Positions 1 through 10,988 are shown, counted from the first letter of the stretch. The stretch: DNA of 64,000 nt from an uncultured Clostridia bacterium (GCA_944386685.1 CALXCA010000005.1:954-64953); one strand, 5' to 3'. Made by a program: numbers and translations. Notes: generated by a model from the sequence alone, not told the origin.

Positions 1-2
1 TA

Positions 3-302
3 ATTTCTTCTGACATGGGACTAATAATTTTAGATAAAGATTTGAATTCAATTAAAGTTGATAAGAACATTTTAGATACAAAATTTTTATCAGATATCTC
101 TTTTTCTGAAAATGATTATGTTTTAAATACAATTCTTAATTTATTACCAGAAAAAATATTTTTACACATTCCAAAATCCAATAATAATCAACTTGAATTT
201 TTAAATACTCTCAAATTAATTTTTGAAAATCGTATTACTATATGTAATGATTGTAATATATGTCATCTATATAAAAATCTGACTACTTTAAAATCTAATT
301 AA
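3..302 (+). CDS. Putative sporulation protein YtxC-like, C-terminal part (5' end outside window)
   Basis: Frame open from window start; C-terminus 'LPEKIFLH...TLKLIFENRITICNDCNIC' resembles YtxC family. Confidence 0.5.
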   Translation: MSSDMGLIILDKDLNSIKVDKNILDTKFLSDISFSENDYVLNTILNLLPEKIFLHIPKSNNNQLEFLNTLKLIFENRITICNDCNICHLYKNLTTLKSN

Positions 303-312
303 ATTAATGAAC

Positions 313-649
313 TAATGAATGGAGCCGATCCTTTTTATGTTGGGGTCGGTCCTTTTTTTGTCTTAGCTTTGGCTGTTGGGGTCGGTCCATTTTTTGTCTA
401 GTGCCGGTTCTAAATCATCACCTTATATAATTGTTTTGCAATACCGCGTAAGCGACCAAATGAGCGTAGCGAATGCGATTTGGAGCAACCTACATATTAA
501 AATTCTTTTGTAGATTACGACACACAAGGTATAAAAAACAATTATATAATGGTATGATTTAGGACCGACCCCAATAGCCAACGCCAAGCAAAAAGGGACC
601 GACCCCAACAGCCAAAGCTAAGACAAAAAAGGACCGACCCCATTCATTA
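313..649. repeat. Long inverted-repeat element, copy 1 (REP-like GGGGTCGGTCC arms enclosing a conserved ~100 bp core)
   Basis: Arms ggggtcggtcc.../...ggaccgacccc; core 'ataccgcgtaagcgaccaaatgagcg...gacacacaaggtat' also at ~7400-7500 and ~50040-50135; lies between convergent genes. Confidence 0.85.
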
Positions 650-650
650 A

Positions 651-1586
651 TCAATTAACTGCAAAGTTTATTCCTCTTGCTACAATATCTTTCATATTTT
701 CTATTAAATCATCTATTTCTTTAGGAGTTACTATCATATTGTATTCACCTACATTTAAAGCTTCTTTAACCTCTTCATATTTATCTTGCTGTTGTAATTG
801 ATTCAAATATTCATTTGATTCTGCTTTTTTTTGCAATCTATCTATAAATATATCAATCCCATCAGAAACAAGTGTTGCCAATTCCACGACTGTTGGGATT
901 CCCATAGAAACTACCGGAATTCCAAGACTTCTTTCACTTATTTCTTGCCTTGTATTTCCTACTCCTGCACCTGGAACAATTCCAGTATCAGAAATTTGAA
1001 TTGTACTACTTATTCTATCAATACTTCTAGATGCAAGTGCATCAATTACAATTATTAGCTTAGGTTTTATATTTTGAACTATCCCTTTTAATATTTCAAC
1101 TGTTTCTATTCCTGTTGTTCCTAATACTCCTGGTGCAATTGCACTAACTGCTCTTGTTCCCTCTTCAACATATTGTGGCAAATAATTTATTAAATGTCTT
1201 GTAACATCAATTTCATTTATTACTTTTGGTCCTAATGCATCTGGAGTAACGTAAATATTTCCTAATCCAACAACTAAGACCTCTCCTTGTTTGTCTATAT
1301 GGAGTTTTAAAATTTCTCTTAATTCATTTGTTACAACTTCTGAAGCTTTTTGAATATCTTCTTCTTCAGCTATTTTTAAATTCTTAACATCAATTGTTAT
1401 ATAATTTCCAATTGCCTTTCCTAACGCCTCTTCCCCATTTTTATTTGTAATTTTTACTTTTGATATTTTTATATTTTCATCTATTTTGCTTTCTTCACAT
1501 TCTACTCCATCTATTTCGTTCAACTTATTAGCTTTTTGGTAAATATCTTTTCTTTCTAATGCTAAATCTGTTCTAAAATTATACAT
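651..1586 (-). CDS. gpr: Germination protease GPR
   Basis: N-terminal 'RTDLALE', 'LVVGLGN..VTPDALGP', 'APGVLGTTGIET', 'DALASRS..RI..TIQISDTGIVPGAGVGN'. Confidence 0.95.
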   Translation of the reverse strand: MYNFRTDLALERKDIYQKANKLNEIDGVECEESKIDENIKISKVKITNKNGEEALGKAIGNYITIDVKNLKIAEEEDIQKASEVVTNELREILKLHIDKQGEVLVVGLGNIYVTPDALGPKVINEIDVTRHLINYLPQYVEEGTRAVSAIAPGVLGTTGIETVEILKGIVQNIKPKLIIVIDALASRSIDRISSTIQISDTGIVPGAGVGNTRQEISERSLGIPVVSMGIPTVVELATLVSDGIDIFIDRLQKKAESNEYLNQLQQQDKYEEVKEALNVGEYNMIVTPKEIDDLIENMKDIVARGINFAVN

Positions 1587-1649
1587 AAATACTTAATGCT
1601 CACTCTCCTTTAATTGTTCTTAATTTTATTATCTCTTTTTTATAAATAT

Positions 1650-2309
1650 TTATTCATTATTCAATGAATCATTTATTTTCATATAATTTCTATATTTGTT
1701 ATTTTCTTCTAGTGTTATACACCATAAAAAAATACATATTATAAAATATGCTATATTTTGAAAATAAAAAACAGCAATACTAAATATAAATGATAATATT
1801 ACCATAATTATATTAGACATAATGTTTACAACCTTTTTGGCAAATCGATTTCCATATTTAATATGTAATATTCCTTTTATTATTCTTCCTCCATCTAATG
1901 GATAAATAGGTGTTAAATTAAATAATAATATTAATATATTAGAATATATTGCATCTTGTTTTTCTATAATAATGGGATCAATGTATATAAAAATAATTGA
2001 TAATATCAAACTTGTTAATGGTCCTGCTAAAGCAATAATTATTTTTTTAAGTTCTAAGTTATTTCCTTTTCCTAGTTTTTTATTTAAATCCTTGGTATTT
2101 GTTTTTAATTTTATAGATAAACCATATGGTGTTATTTCTATATTTTCTGGCTTTAACTTTAATGCTAGTCCGGCAAATAAATGGCCTAATTCATGAATAA
2201 TACAAAAAAATACAATTGTTAAATATATATTAATTTGGTTAGTAAACCAAAACAAAATTAAAAATAAAATTATTTTTAAATCTATTCTAATTTTCAACTT
2301 TACCTCCAA
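1650..2309 (-). CDS. Site-2 protease family M50, SpoIVFB-like
   Basis: HELGH and 'FNLTPIYPLDGG' motifs, multiple TM segments, downstream of M23 gene as in spoIVFA-spoIVFB. Confidence 0.8.
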   Translation of the reverse strand: MEVKLKIRIDLKIILFLILFWFTNQINIYLTIVFFCIIHELGHLFAGLALKLKPENIEITPYGLSIKLKTNTKDLNKKLGKGNNLELKKIIIALAGPLTSLILSIIFIYIDPIIIEKQDAIYSNILILLFNLTPIYPLDGGRIIKGILHIKYGNRFAKKVVNIMSNIIMVILSFIFSIAVFYFQNIAYFIICIFLWCITLEENNKYRNYMKINDSLNNE

Positions 2310-2366
2310 AAATAAAATTTTTAAGTATGTTATATATCATTAAATATTTATTCTTATAGTAAAAAA

Positions 2367-3452
2367 TTATGATAAATTTAATACCATTTCTGGATCAACA
2401 TATCTATTTTGATATCTTATCTCAAAATGTAAATGTGGTCCAGTTGTGTTTCCAGTTGAACCAACCTCTGCTATTTCTTGACCTTGTTTTATTTCATCAC
2501 CCTCATTAACATATAAATCATTACAATGGGCATATATTAAAACTACTTCTCCTATTTGAATCTTTAAGTGTTTACCATAATCTCCTTCAGAAGATTTTAA
2601 TATTACTTTTCCATCTGTTGCAGATACTATTTTTGTACCAGTTACAGCTGCAATATCTGTTCCTTTATGGTCTTTTGGAACTGATGGAGTTGTTGGATTT
2701 CTTAAACCATATTTTGAACTTATGGTTCCATTTACAGGTTTTATAATACTCACATTTTCTTTAATATAATTTGCATCTTTTTCCATTTGACTTAATTCTA
2801 CAATTTCTTCATTATTTTCTGTTTGTTCATTAGAATTTTCTGATACTGTATTTACATTTTGTTCTGTTACATCAATGTTATTTTCCCCTTCTACTGCACC
2901 ACCTATATTTTCGTTATTGTTTTGTATATTATCTAAATTATTTACTGATTCGTTATTTTCTGTGCTATTATTTGAACTTTCATTATTTGTACCGTTTTCT
3001 GTATTATTATTTTGATTTTCATTATTTGTGTTGTTTTCTGTATTAGTATTCTGATTTTCTTTATTTGTATCGCTTTGAAGCTCTAATTGATTAAAAAATG
3101 TGTTAATATTACTTTTTATTGTAGAAAACATATGTAAAAAATTTATATCTTTATCTAAAATTTCTTTTGCTTTATTTGTAAAATCTTCAGAAAACATATT
3201 TTGATTAATTGTAATTTGATAAAAAGCTCCATAAATCATAAGACAAATACATATGTTTACTACTAGTTTTTTATATATTTTTCTTTTTATTTTATTATTT
3301 ATATCTTTTAAATTTTTATTTTGATTATTTATGTTTTTTTCGTCACTTCTAGGACTTTTATAAATATTATCTTTTGCATTTATACTTTCTTTTGTTCTAT
3401 AATATCTTTCTTCTGCTCTTCTTATTCTTTCTTCAACAGATACTCTTTCCAT
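2367..3452 (-). CDS. M23 family peptidase with N-terminal TM (SpoIVFA-like position)
   Basis: 'HKGTDIA', 'YAHC', 'VGSTGNTTGPHLHFEI' motifs; Asn-rich linker. Confidence 0.85.
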   Translation of the reverse strand: MERVSVEERIRRAEERYYRTKESINAKDNIYKSPRSDEKNINNQNKNLKDINNKIKRKIYKKLVVNICICLMIYGAFYQITINQNMFSEDFTNKAKEILDKDINFLHMFSTIKSNINTFFNQLELQSDTNKENQNTNTENNTNNENQNNNTENGTNNESSNNSTENNESVNNLDNIQNNNENIGGAVEGENNIDVTEQNVNTVSENSNEQTENNEEIVELSQMEKDANYIKENVSIIKPVNGTISSKYGLRNPTTPSVPKDHKGTDIAAVTGTKIVSATDGKVILKSSEGDYGKHLKIQIGEVVLIYAHCNDLYVNEGDEIKQGQEIAEVGSTGNTTGPHLHFEIRYQNRYVDPEMVLNLS

Positions 3453-3634
3453 AAATAATCTAGTTCCTTTCTATTGTAGAATAACTTAATTTGTAACATA
3501 CTAGCGATTATAGCTTTTTATACAATTAGGAAACTATAATTTTCTTATTATACAAAAAACTTTGATTTTGCATTTTTTTAATATTTATGCAATCTCAAAG
3601 TTTTTATGTTATTATTTAAATAAAATTTATTGTA

Positions 3635-3854
3635 AAATTTTCATTTTATTTTATCTTTAAATATTATTTATTTTAAATGTTTTCATTTTATTTTATCTTT
3701 TAGATATTGTTTATTTTTAATGTTTTCATTTTATTTTATCTTTTAGATATTATTTATTTTTAATGTTTTCATTTTATTTTATCTTTTAGATATTATTTAT
3801 TTTTAATGTTTTCATTTTACTTTATCTTTAACTATTATTTGTTTTAAATGTTTT
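3635..3854. repeat. AT-rich tandem repeat, 43 bp unit x ~5
   Basis: Unit aatgttttcattttattttatcttttagatattatttattttt recurring at 3676, 3719, 3762, 3805. Confidence 0.85.
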
Positions 3855-3857
3855 AGT

Positions 3858-4202
3858 TTAGATTAAATTTATTATAAAACTAATTATAAATAATATTGTT
3901 ATTACAATACTGTATCTTTTTAAAAAAGTATATTTATCTCCTATACTTCTATCAAAAATATTTGTTTTTTTATTTGTTTCTATTTTCTTTATATAGTCAT
4001 TTACCAACATTTCCGCTTCTTTTAATATAAATTCTTTAGATTTTGTTTCTCTTGTACCTGTATCCATTTTATGTAATTTATCTATTGCCTCTTTTTCTTT
4101 AATTTTTTGAGTTTTTTTAAATATAATTATAGCTTCTTCTACCATATTTGATGGTAAATTTTTTAATATAACCATATTTTTCATATTACTTGATTCTATC
4201 AT
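3858..4202 (-). CDS. Hypothetical protein with C-terminal TM
   Basis: 114 aa ORF, 'MKNMVILKNLPSNMVEEAIII' N-terminus, hydrophobic tail. Confidence 0.7.
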   Translation of the reverse strand: MIESSNMKNMVILKNLPSNMVEEAIIIFKKTQKIKEKEAIDKLHKMDTGTRETKSKEFILKEAEMLVNDYIKKIETNKKTNIFDRSIGDKYTFLKRYSIVITILFIISFIINLI

Positions 4203-4219
4203 ATATTTAATCCTTATAA

Positions 4220-4255
4220 AATATATTTAGGTTTTTTGGTTATACCTATAAACCT
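4220..4255 (-). promoter_or_regulatory. Putative sporulation (sigmaE-like) promoter
   Basis: Minus strand AGGTTTATAGG-N16-AAATATATT just upstream of RBS; near-identical motif at 22101-22137. Confidence 0.4.
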
Positions 4256-4403
4256 GCACATTTTTGTGTTAATTTGATACTACTATGATTTTTTTATATT
4301 TGCTTATTAAAATTTTTTATAATTAATATTTATTTGATTTATTTTTTAATTTTTCTGCTAATTAATATTTCCTATATTCTAATTTTTCCCAATTATATAT
4401 AGT

Positions 4404-5108
4404 TTATACAAAATCTATAATTTCTTCTGCTTGTACACATCTTCTATATTCTGGCTCATTTTCTACACAAGTAATAAGTGTTAAAAGATTTTCTTCTGTA
4501 TTTTCTAAAACTTCCCAATTTGTATCTTTTATAATTAAAATTCTAACAACTTCATATGTTTTTTTATAATTATTATATTGATAAATTATTTTGTCTCCTT
4601 TTTGTAATTCTCTTAATCTCGCAAAATAATTTACTTCATATCCTCTATTGTGTCCGGCAAGTCCAATGTTTCCATCTTCTTTTTGTGTTTCTTCAAAGTG
4701 TCCTACATATTTATTTAATGTTTCTTTATCTGTACCCTCTTGTATATTTGCTATTAAATTGATTTTTGGAATTTTTATTTGCCATGTATTATTTATTGTT
4801 CTGTTTTCTATATTACTTTCTTGAACTTTATTTAAATTTTTATTTTCATTATTTTTTTCTAAATAATCTGTATCTGTTTCATTTGTTTGGTTATTGTTAT
4901 TTATAGAATTACTTTCATTATTGTTTTTACCATTACTTATTTCTTCGTCTAAAAAAGTTTGGATATTTTTTCTCATGATTTCTTTTCCTATTTCTGTATT
5001 AGATTTTAATTTAATATGATATTTGCTGATAAAAATTTGAATAAATATAAAAAAAATAACAGATAAAAAAAATACAATAGAAAAAAATGTTGTGTTTTTA
5101 TTTTTCAA
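4404..5108 (-). CDS. Class D sortase
   Basis: N-terminal TM, 'IPKINL', 'GNIGLAGHN', 'LTLITC', downstream Arg. Confidence 0.85.
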   Translation of the reverse strand: MKNKNTTFFSIVFFLSVIFFIFIQIFISKYHIKLKSNTEIGKEIMRKNIQTFLDEEISNGKNNNESNSINNNNQTNETDTDYLEKNNENKNLNKVQESNIENRTINNTWQIKIPKINLIANIQEGTDKETLNKYVGHFEETQKEDGNIGLAGHNRGYEVNYFARLRELQKGDKIIYQYNNYKKTYEVVRILIIKDTNWEVLENTEENLLTLITCVENEPEYRRCVQAEEIIDFV

Positions 5109-5175
5109 TCTTTATATTCTCCTTTTTGTATTTTATATATTAACATAATCTGTTTGGTTTTGTCAACAATTTTTC

Positions 5176-5192
5176 ATCGACATTATTCGACA
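5176..5192. promoter_or_regulatory. Tandem Spo0A-box-like sites upstream of sortase gene
   Basis: atcgaca and ttcgaca (reverse complement of TGNCGAA) 10 bp apart. Confidence 0.45.
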
Positions 5193-5212
5193 TTCTGATT
5201 CATTTATGATAA

Positions 5213-6005
5213 TGTCTAAATAAATCATTTGAAAAAATTCTCAGCCAAAAATATTATAGATACTTTCTTATATAATACAAAAGTTATTACATTTTTATTG
5301 GTGGTACAAATGAGAAAGGTTGAGTTAACAGTGAAAGAAAATTTAAAATATTTAACAATTAAAAAATTAGTAGAAACAAATAAAAACAAGAAAAGAGCAT
5401 CAATTAAATTAGGTTGTACAGTTAGACATATTGATAGAAAGATTGCAGGTTACAAGGAAAAAGGATATGATTGTAATTATACCGTATTTACTGAATTTTT
5501 GGCTGAAAGAGAAAATATTTTTCTATCAATAGATGAAGTTAGATTAATTTTAAGGGATAAATATATTCTTTCTCCTAGAAGTCATAAATCGACTAGAAAA
5601 CGATTAAGAAAACAACTATTACTTGAACAAAAAAGAGCTAAATCGAAATTTGAAAAAAAAAAAAATACAAGCTAATATTGTTGCTGTTGAAGATGCACAT
5701 CCTAAACAACCTAGATGTTAATATTTTGGAAAAGAGATACAAATGGATGCTTGCATACACCTTTGGTTTGGCAACACTAAAACAGCTTTACACGGAGCTA
5801 TTGATGATTCAACTGGTAATTTAGTAGGTTTATACTTTGACAAATATGAGCCATCCGTGGAAGCAATCTCTTTTTGATAGTTTTATTCAGCTACAAGAAC
5901 ATCGTTTAGAAAAAGTTTCTTAATTTAAAATTTTAGCACTAATTCTATTAAAAATTAGTGCTAATGTTTAAAAAATTTTGAGACATTTTCAAAAATGATT
6001 GACAT
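5213..6005 (+). mobile_element. Degenerate IS (IS1202/ISNCY-like) with internally deleted transposase pseudogene (ATG 5310)
   Basis: 'MRKVELTVKE..KYLTIKKLVETN.NKKRA..KLGCT.RHI.R' then, after a poly-A shift and a TAA, 'IQMDA.IHLWFG...LHGAIDDSTG'; imperfect terminal IRs (aatcattt..gaaa..tctca / tgaga..ttc..aaatgatt). Confidence 0.75.
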
Positions 6006-6341
6006 AGAAATTTTTTCAATTTACCAGAAAATTAATTATTTTTCATAAAATCTTGAAGTTTTCATAAATTAATGTTATTATTACATTAGAATTTTTTAAG
6101 ACAATTACTGAACAATAGCGGACTTTTTTTAATTTTTATATCTTTATAACATTTTAAACTCCTTGTTATTGTTCGTGTGCAAAATTTTACGTTAGTAAAA
6201 TTTGTGTGCATCTGTTTGAGCGAAGCTTAATTTAATTTTTCAATAAAAAAAATCTTAAATGTTCAACACTTGTAAAAATATATTAAAGTATTTTAAAAGA
6301 AATATTTTTATTAACAATATAAGAAAGGAATTAAATTTTTT

Positions 6342-7298
6342 ATGGATGAATTCGAATACGAAAAAATCAAAAAAAACGATACTATTGATTTCTATGATAA
6401 TACATATTTAAAAGCCTCTAATTTAAATTCTTCGATTAGATATGAATTAGAATTATTAAATCAATTAGATTTATTTACTAGAAAACATTCTGAAAATGTT
6501 GCAACAATAACATATAACTTATGTAGAAAACTCCATTTACCAAAAGGGTTTACAGAGTATTGTGTTACTTGTGCATATATTCACGATTTAGGAAAAATGT
6601 TTATACCTCAAGAAGTTTTACAAAAAAATGGAGCATTAACTCAAGAAGAATTTGAAATTATAAAAACTCATACAACACTTGGCTATAATTTATGTCAAAC
6701 AGATAAACAATTAAAACCATATTCTGCAGGACCTTATTATCATCATGAAGCATTAGATGGATCTGGTTATCCTCAAGGTTTAACAAAACCAGATATTCCT
6801 TATGAGGCACAAATTATACGTGTTGCAGATGAATTTGATGCATTAGTTAGTAAAAGACAATATAAATCACACATTGATATTTCTGATTCTTTAAAAATTA
6901 TTATAGAAAATACAAAACCTTCTCCTAATGCTCCTCAAAATACCAAATACTCAAAAGAAGGAAAAGATAATAAAAATATTGTAAAAAAATTAATTAAAGT
7001 TGTTATTGATGATACAAACTACGAAATCTCTTGCTTAATGGATTATATGGATTATTTAAAACAGGAAATAAAAAGATTTGAAAAAATAGATTCCCTTGTA
7101 AAAAAGCGTGATTCTTCAAAAAAAGATAAGGATTATCAATATTATAACGATTATATAAAATTATATTTAAAGAAAAATGAACCAATTGAAAAAATTTACG
7201 ATATTTATAATGATTTTTTAAATACTTATAATGAAAAAGATAAAAATTTAAAAAAATTATTTAATGAGATAAAAATTATAAAAAGTTTAAAAGTATAG
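6342..7298 (+). CDS. HD-GYP domain phosphodiesterase
   Basis: 'HSENVA', 'IHDLGK', 'HHEALDGSGYPQGL', 'VADEFDAL' motifs. Confidence 0.9.
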   Translation: MDEFEYEKIKKNDTIDFYDNTYLKASNLNSSIRYELELLNQLDLFTRKHSENVATITYNLCRKLHLPKGFTEYCVTCAYIHDLGKMFIPQEVLQKNGALTQEEFEIIKTHTTLGYNLCQTDKQLKPYSAGPYYHHEALDGSGYPQGLTKPDIPYEAQIIRVADEFDALVSKRQYKSHIDISDSLKIIIENTKPSPNAPQNTKYSKEGKDNKNIVKKLIKVVIDDTNYEISCLMDYMDYLKQEIKRFEKIDSLVKKRDSSKKDKDYQYYNDYIKLYLKKNEPIEKIYDIYNDFLNTYNEKDKNLKKLFNEIKIIKSLKV

Positions 7299-7304
7299 TA
7301 TAAT

Positions 7305-7591
7305 TGGGATCGATTCCATTTTTGGCTGGTATTTGCTATTGGGGTCGGTCCCTTTTTTGTCTGGTGCCTGGTCTAAATCATACCATTATATAATTGTTTT
7401 GCAATACCGCGTAAGCGAGCAAATGAGCGTAGCGAATGCGATTTGGAGCAACCTACATATTAAAATTCTTTTGTAGGTTGCGACACACAAGGTATAAAAA
7501 ACAATTATATAATGGTATGATTTAGACCAGGCACCAGACAAAAAAAGGACCGACCCCAATAGCTAACACTAGCCAAAAATGGGACCGACCC
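7305..7591. repeat. Long inverted-repeat element, copy 2
   Basis: ~85 bp near-perfect inverted arms around the same core as 313-649; between convergent genes. Confidence 0.9.
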
Positions 7592-7601
7592 TAACTTATA
7601 A

Positions 7602-8129
7602 TTACTTTATTATTTTTTCTACAATTTTTTCTAAAAGACTTGTATTATCTTCTTTTATTAATTTTTCTTCTTTTTCCACATTATCTGTTCTTTCTAACTC
7701 TACAGTAATTTTATTTGCTTCTTTCATTCCTAATTCATCTTTTGCCTTTTGTCTAATAATATTCCAATCTAATTTACTTTCTTCTGCTTTAATATCTTTT
7801 TCAATTTGACCATTTTCCTTTTCTATAAGAGCTAATTGATTTTCCATATCTTTCTTATTATTAAACATTTCCATTATGTGAATTTCTCTATAACTTACAG
7901 CAAGTAACATGCCAAACAAAGATAAAACAATTAATATCTGTTTTGTATGATTTTTTATTTCATTTTTCTTCTTTTCTTTTTGAAGTTGATATTTTGTTTT
8001 TACAGTCCTTTTTTGAGTAGAAATGTTTCTTTTTTTATTAGTTGATTTTTTTCTAACTGGCTCATATTCTGGCTCAATTTTTCTTGGACTTGTCTCATAT
8101 TGATATAAACTTCTTGACATATTACTCAC
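7602..8129 (-). CDS. FtsL/septum-formation initiator-like protein
   Basis: Basic N-terminus, single TM, coiled coil, 'AKDELGM'; follows mraZ-rsmH. Confidence 0.7.
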   Translation of the reverse strand: MSNMSRSLYQYETSPRKIEPEYEPVRKKSTNKKRNISTQKRTVKTKYQLQKEKKKNEIKNHTKQILIVLSLFGMLLAVSYREIHIMEMFNNKKDMENQLALIEKENGQIEKDIKAEESKLDWNIIRQKAKDELGMKEANKITVELERTDNVEKEEKLIKEDNTSLLEKIVEKIIK

Positions 8130-8241
8130 CTCCTTCTTTTGTTTTTATTTTAATATAATGAATTTGCTTTCTTTATACAAGATAAATAGTAAAATATATT
8201 ATTAATTTTAATTTTATATAATCACTATTTTAAATAAGCAT

Positions 8242-9180
8242 TTATCTCTTTTCGAAAATTCTAAGTTTAGCACTTTTGGCTCTTGAATTTTCCTCTTGTT
8301 CTTCCTCTGTAGCAATTATTGGTTTTTTATTTATAATTTTTCCTTCAGATTTTGCCCCACATACACAATATGGTAAATCTTTAGGACATGTACATTTTCC
8401 TTGAGCATCTACAAACGCATTTTTTACTGCTCTATCTTCTAATGAATGGAATGTAATAATACATAATCTTCCACCACTTTTTAAAAGTTCTATACATTTT
8501 CTAACTGTATTATATAATGGTTTTATTTCATTATTTACTTCTATTCTAATTGCTTGAAATGTTCTCTTGGCAGGATGTCCGTCTTTTTTTGCAAATGCTG
8601 GTATTGATTTTTCTATTATATTAACTAATTCTTCTGTTGTTTCTATTTCTTTATTTTTTCTTTCTATACAAATATTTTTGGCTATTTGTCTTGAAAATCT
8701 TTCTTCTCCATATTGATATATTATATCGGCTAATTCTTCCTCTGAATATGAATTTACGACTTTTTTCGCAGTTAAACTTTGAGTTTTGTCCATCCTCATA
8801 TCTAATTCATTATTACCTAAATAACTAAATCCCCTGTTTCTTTCGTCTAATTGATATGATGATACTCCTAAATCTAATAATATTCCATCTACTTTTTCTA
8901 TATTTAAATCTTGTAAAATTTTTTCTATTTCATCATGATTTCCATGTACAAATTTTACATTTGAATATTCTTTTAAATTCTCTTTTCCTGCTTTAAGTGC
9001 TTCTTCATCTCTATCTATTCCTATTAAAATTCCTTTTGAAGATAGTCTTTTTAATATTTCTTTACTGTGTCCAGCTCCTCCTAGTGTTCCATCTACATAA
9101 ATTCCATCTTCTTTTATCTTTAGTCCTTCAATAGTTTCTTCTAATAGTACTGGTTTATGTTTAAATTCCAATTTTAGCAC
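8242..9180 (-). CDS. rsmH: 16S rRNA m4C1402 methyltransferase RsmH
   Basis: 'HKPVLL', '[10 protein letters not shown]', '[11 protein letters not shown]...RGFS', 'ITFHSLEDR'. Confidence 0.97.
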   Translation of the reverse strand: MLKLEFKHKPVLLEETIEGLKIKEDGIYVDGTLGGAGHSKEILKRLSSKGILIGIDRDEEALKAGKENLKEYSNVKFVHGNHDEIEKILQDLNIEKVDGILLDLGVSSYQLDERNRGFSYLGNNELDMRMDKTQSLTAKKVVNSYSEEELADIIYQYGEERFSRQIAKNICIERKNKEIETTEELVNIIEKSIPAFAKKDGHPAKRTFQAIRIEVNNEIKPLYNTVRKCIELLKSGGRLCIITFHSLEDRAVKNAFVDAQGKCTCPKDLPYCVCGAKSEGKIINKKPIIATEEEQEENSRAKSAKLRIFEKR

Positions 9181-9187
9181 CTCACTA

Positions 9188-9613
9188 TTAAATTCCTAAC
9201 ATTGTCATATTTTCTGCAATTTCATCTGCAGATATATTTTCTTCACATTTTTGCCAAATTTCTTTGTTCCATATTTCTAGTCTTGTTCCTACTCCAACAA
9301 TCATTGCATCTTTATCTAATTTTGCTGATTCTCTTAAATTTGCTGGTATTAAAAATCTTCCTTGTTTGTCTATTTCACATACTGTTGCTCCTGATAAGAA
9401 AAATCTTACAAAGTTTCTGGCATTTTTGTCTGATAGTGGTAGTGTTTTTAGTTTTGTTTCGAAGTTATTCCATTCATTTTGTGAAAATACAAATAAACAT
9501 CCGTCTAATCCTTTTGTGATTATAAATGATTCTCCTATATCTATTCTTAATTTTGATGGCATTATTAATCTGCCTTTAGCATCTAGGGAATGCTCATATT
9601 CACCAATTAACAT
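9188..9613 (-). CDS. mraZ: Division/cell-wall cluster repressor MraZ
   Basis: '[16 protein letters not shown]', 'DKQGRFLIP', 'GVGTRLEIW'. Confidence 0.97.
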   Translation of the reverse strand: MLIGEYEHSLDAKGRLIMPSKLRIDIGESFIITKGLDGCLFVFSQNEWNNFETKLKTLPLSDKNARNFVRFFLSGATVCEIDKQGRFLIPANLRESAKLDKDAMIVGVGTRLEIWNKEIWQKCEENISADEIAENMTMLGI

Positions 9614-9640
9614 TTGGATGTTCTCCTTTCTACTTTTCTA

Positions 9641-9664
9641 CCACTTCGCTCCACTTTTCACCAC
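9641..9664 (-). promoter_or_regulatory. MraZ binding repeats
   Basis: Three GTGG boxes at 10 bp spacing (ccac at 9641, 9651, 9661) upstream of mraZ. Confidence 0.75.
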
Positions 9665-9843
9665 TATGTATAAATAATAATATATTTTTTGTTTTTTTTC
9701 AAGTACTTTTTGTAAATTTTTTGAAAAAATTTTATAAACAAAAAATTTGTTCTCCTTAGAAAATAGCTTATTTAGAACTTTTGTTTGTTTTGAAACTTTT
9801 TTCTTTTTTTTCATATAATAAATTGGGGGTGAAATGGAAAATT

Positions 9844-10984
9844 ATGAATACTATCTATTTTGATAATGCTGCAACAACAAAAATAAAAAGTGAAGTTTTT
9901 AATGAAATGTTACCATATTTAAGTACAAACTATGGTAATGCTTCTTCTTTATATAAAATTGGAAAAATTTCAAAAAATGCTATTGAAAAATCTAGAAAAC
10001 AAGTTGCTTCTTTACTTAATTGTGAGCCAGATGAAATATATTTTACAAGTTGTGGCACTGAGAGTGATAATACTGCTTTAAAAGGATTTGCATATGCGAA
10101 TAAAAATAAAGGCAATCATATTATTACTTCTAAAATCGAACATCCTGCGATTTTAGAAACTTGTAAGTTCTTAGAAACTCAAGGTTTTGATATAACTTAT
10201 ATATCTGTTAATTCTGATGGTTTTATAAATTTAAAAGAATTAGAAAATTCAATTAGACCAACTACAATATTAATAAGTATAATGTTTGCTAATAATGAAA
10301 TTGGAACTATTCAACCTATTAAAGAAGTTGCAAAAATAGCTCATAAATATAATATTATTTTTCACACAGATGCAGTTCAAGCAGTTGGTAATTGTTTAAT
10401 TGATGTAAAAAATATGCAAATAGATTCTCTTTCACTTTCAGGTCATAAAATTCATGCACCAAAAGGGATTGGAGCACTTTATGTAAAAAAAGATATTGAT
10501 TTTATTTCTTTTGTGAATGGCGGACATCAAGAAAATAATAAAAGAGCAGGTACAGAAAATGTTGCTGAAATTGTTGGTTTAGGCAAAGCATGTGAAATTT
10601 CACAAAAAAACTTAAATTCTCATATGCAATATCTTTTAAAATTAAGAAATTATTATTTAAAATGTTTAGAAAATAATTTTAAAGGAAAATATCGAATTAA
10701 TGGTTCTTTGGAAAATAGACTTCCTCGGGAATTTGAATGTTTCGTTTTTAAATTTGAATTCTTCTGATTTAATTTTAAAATTAGATGAAAAAAATATTTG
10801 TGTTTCTGCAGGTTCTGCTTGCTCTTCATGCCAACACTGTAATGCAAATCCTTCTCATGTTTTAAAAGCAATTAATGTTCCAAATGAATTTATTAATTCC
10901 GCTATAAGAACTTCCTTTTGTGATTTTAATACTTTTGAAGAAATTGATTATTTTGTTAGTATATTAAAAAAATTTATTATATAA
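9844..10984 (+). CDS. iscS: Cysteine desulfurase IscS/NifS, reading frame shifted +1 at CGG 10726-10728
   Basis: 'YFDNAATT', 'HTDAVQA', 'SGHKIHAPKG' in frame 1; 'GNLNVSF...SAGSACSS...PSHVL' with catalytic Cys in the +1 frame; joined product 379 aa. Confidence 0.85.
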
Positions 10985-10988
10985 TTTA

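Noticed and set aside
423-608. 61 aa ORF (and similar 49929-50129, 7579-7809)
   Set aside because: Overlap the palindromic repeat element or lie antisense to real genes; similarity comes from the repeat
3635-3854. CRISPR or iteron array
   Set aside because: Head-to-tail AT-rich 43 bp VNTR, no spacers, no rep gene nearby
5653-5675. Programmed frameshift at the poly-A run in the transposase
   Set aside because: Gene also has an internal deletion and an in-frame TAA; ordinary decay, not counted with the CGG sites
6095-6290. c-di-GMP riboswitch call
   Set aside because: Consensus GNRA tetraloop/receptor and GGCAAA-type motifs not seen; kept only as an unassigned structured leader
8830-8840. 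AGG as a second shift-prone codon
   Set aside because: AGG occurs in frame in intact genes (rsmH N-R-G, gpr T-R-Q, mgtA Y-R-S) without frame change
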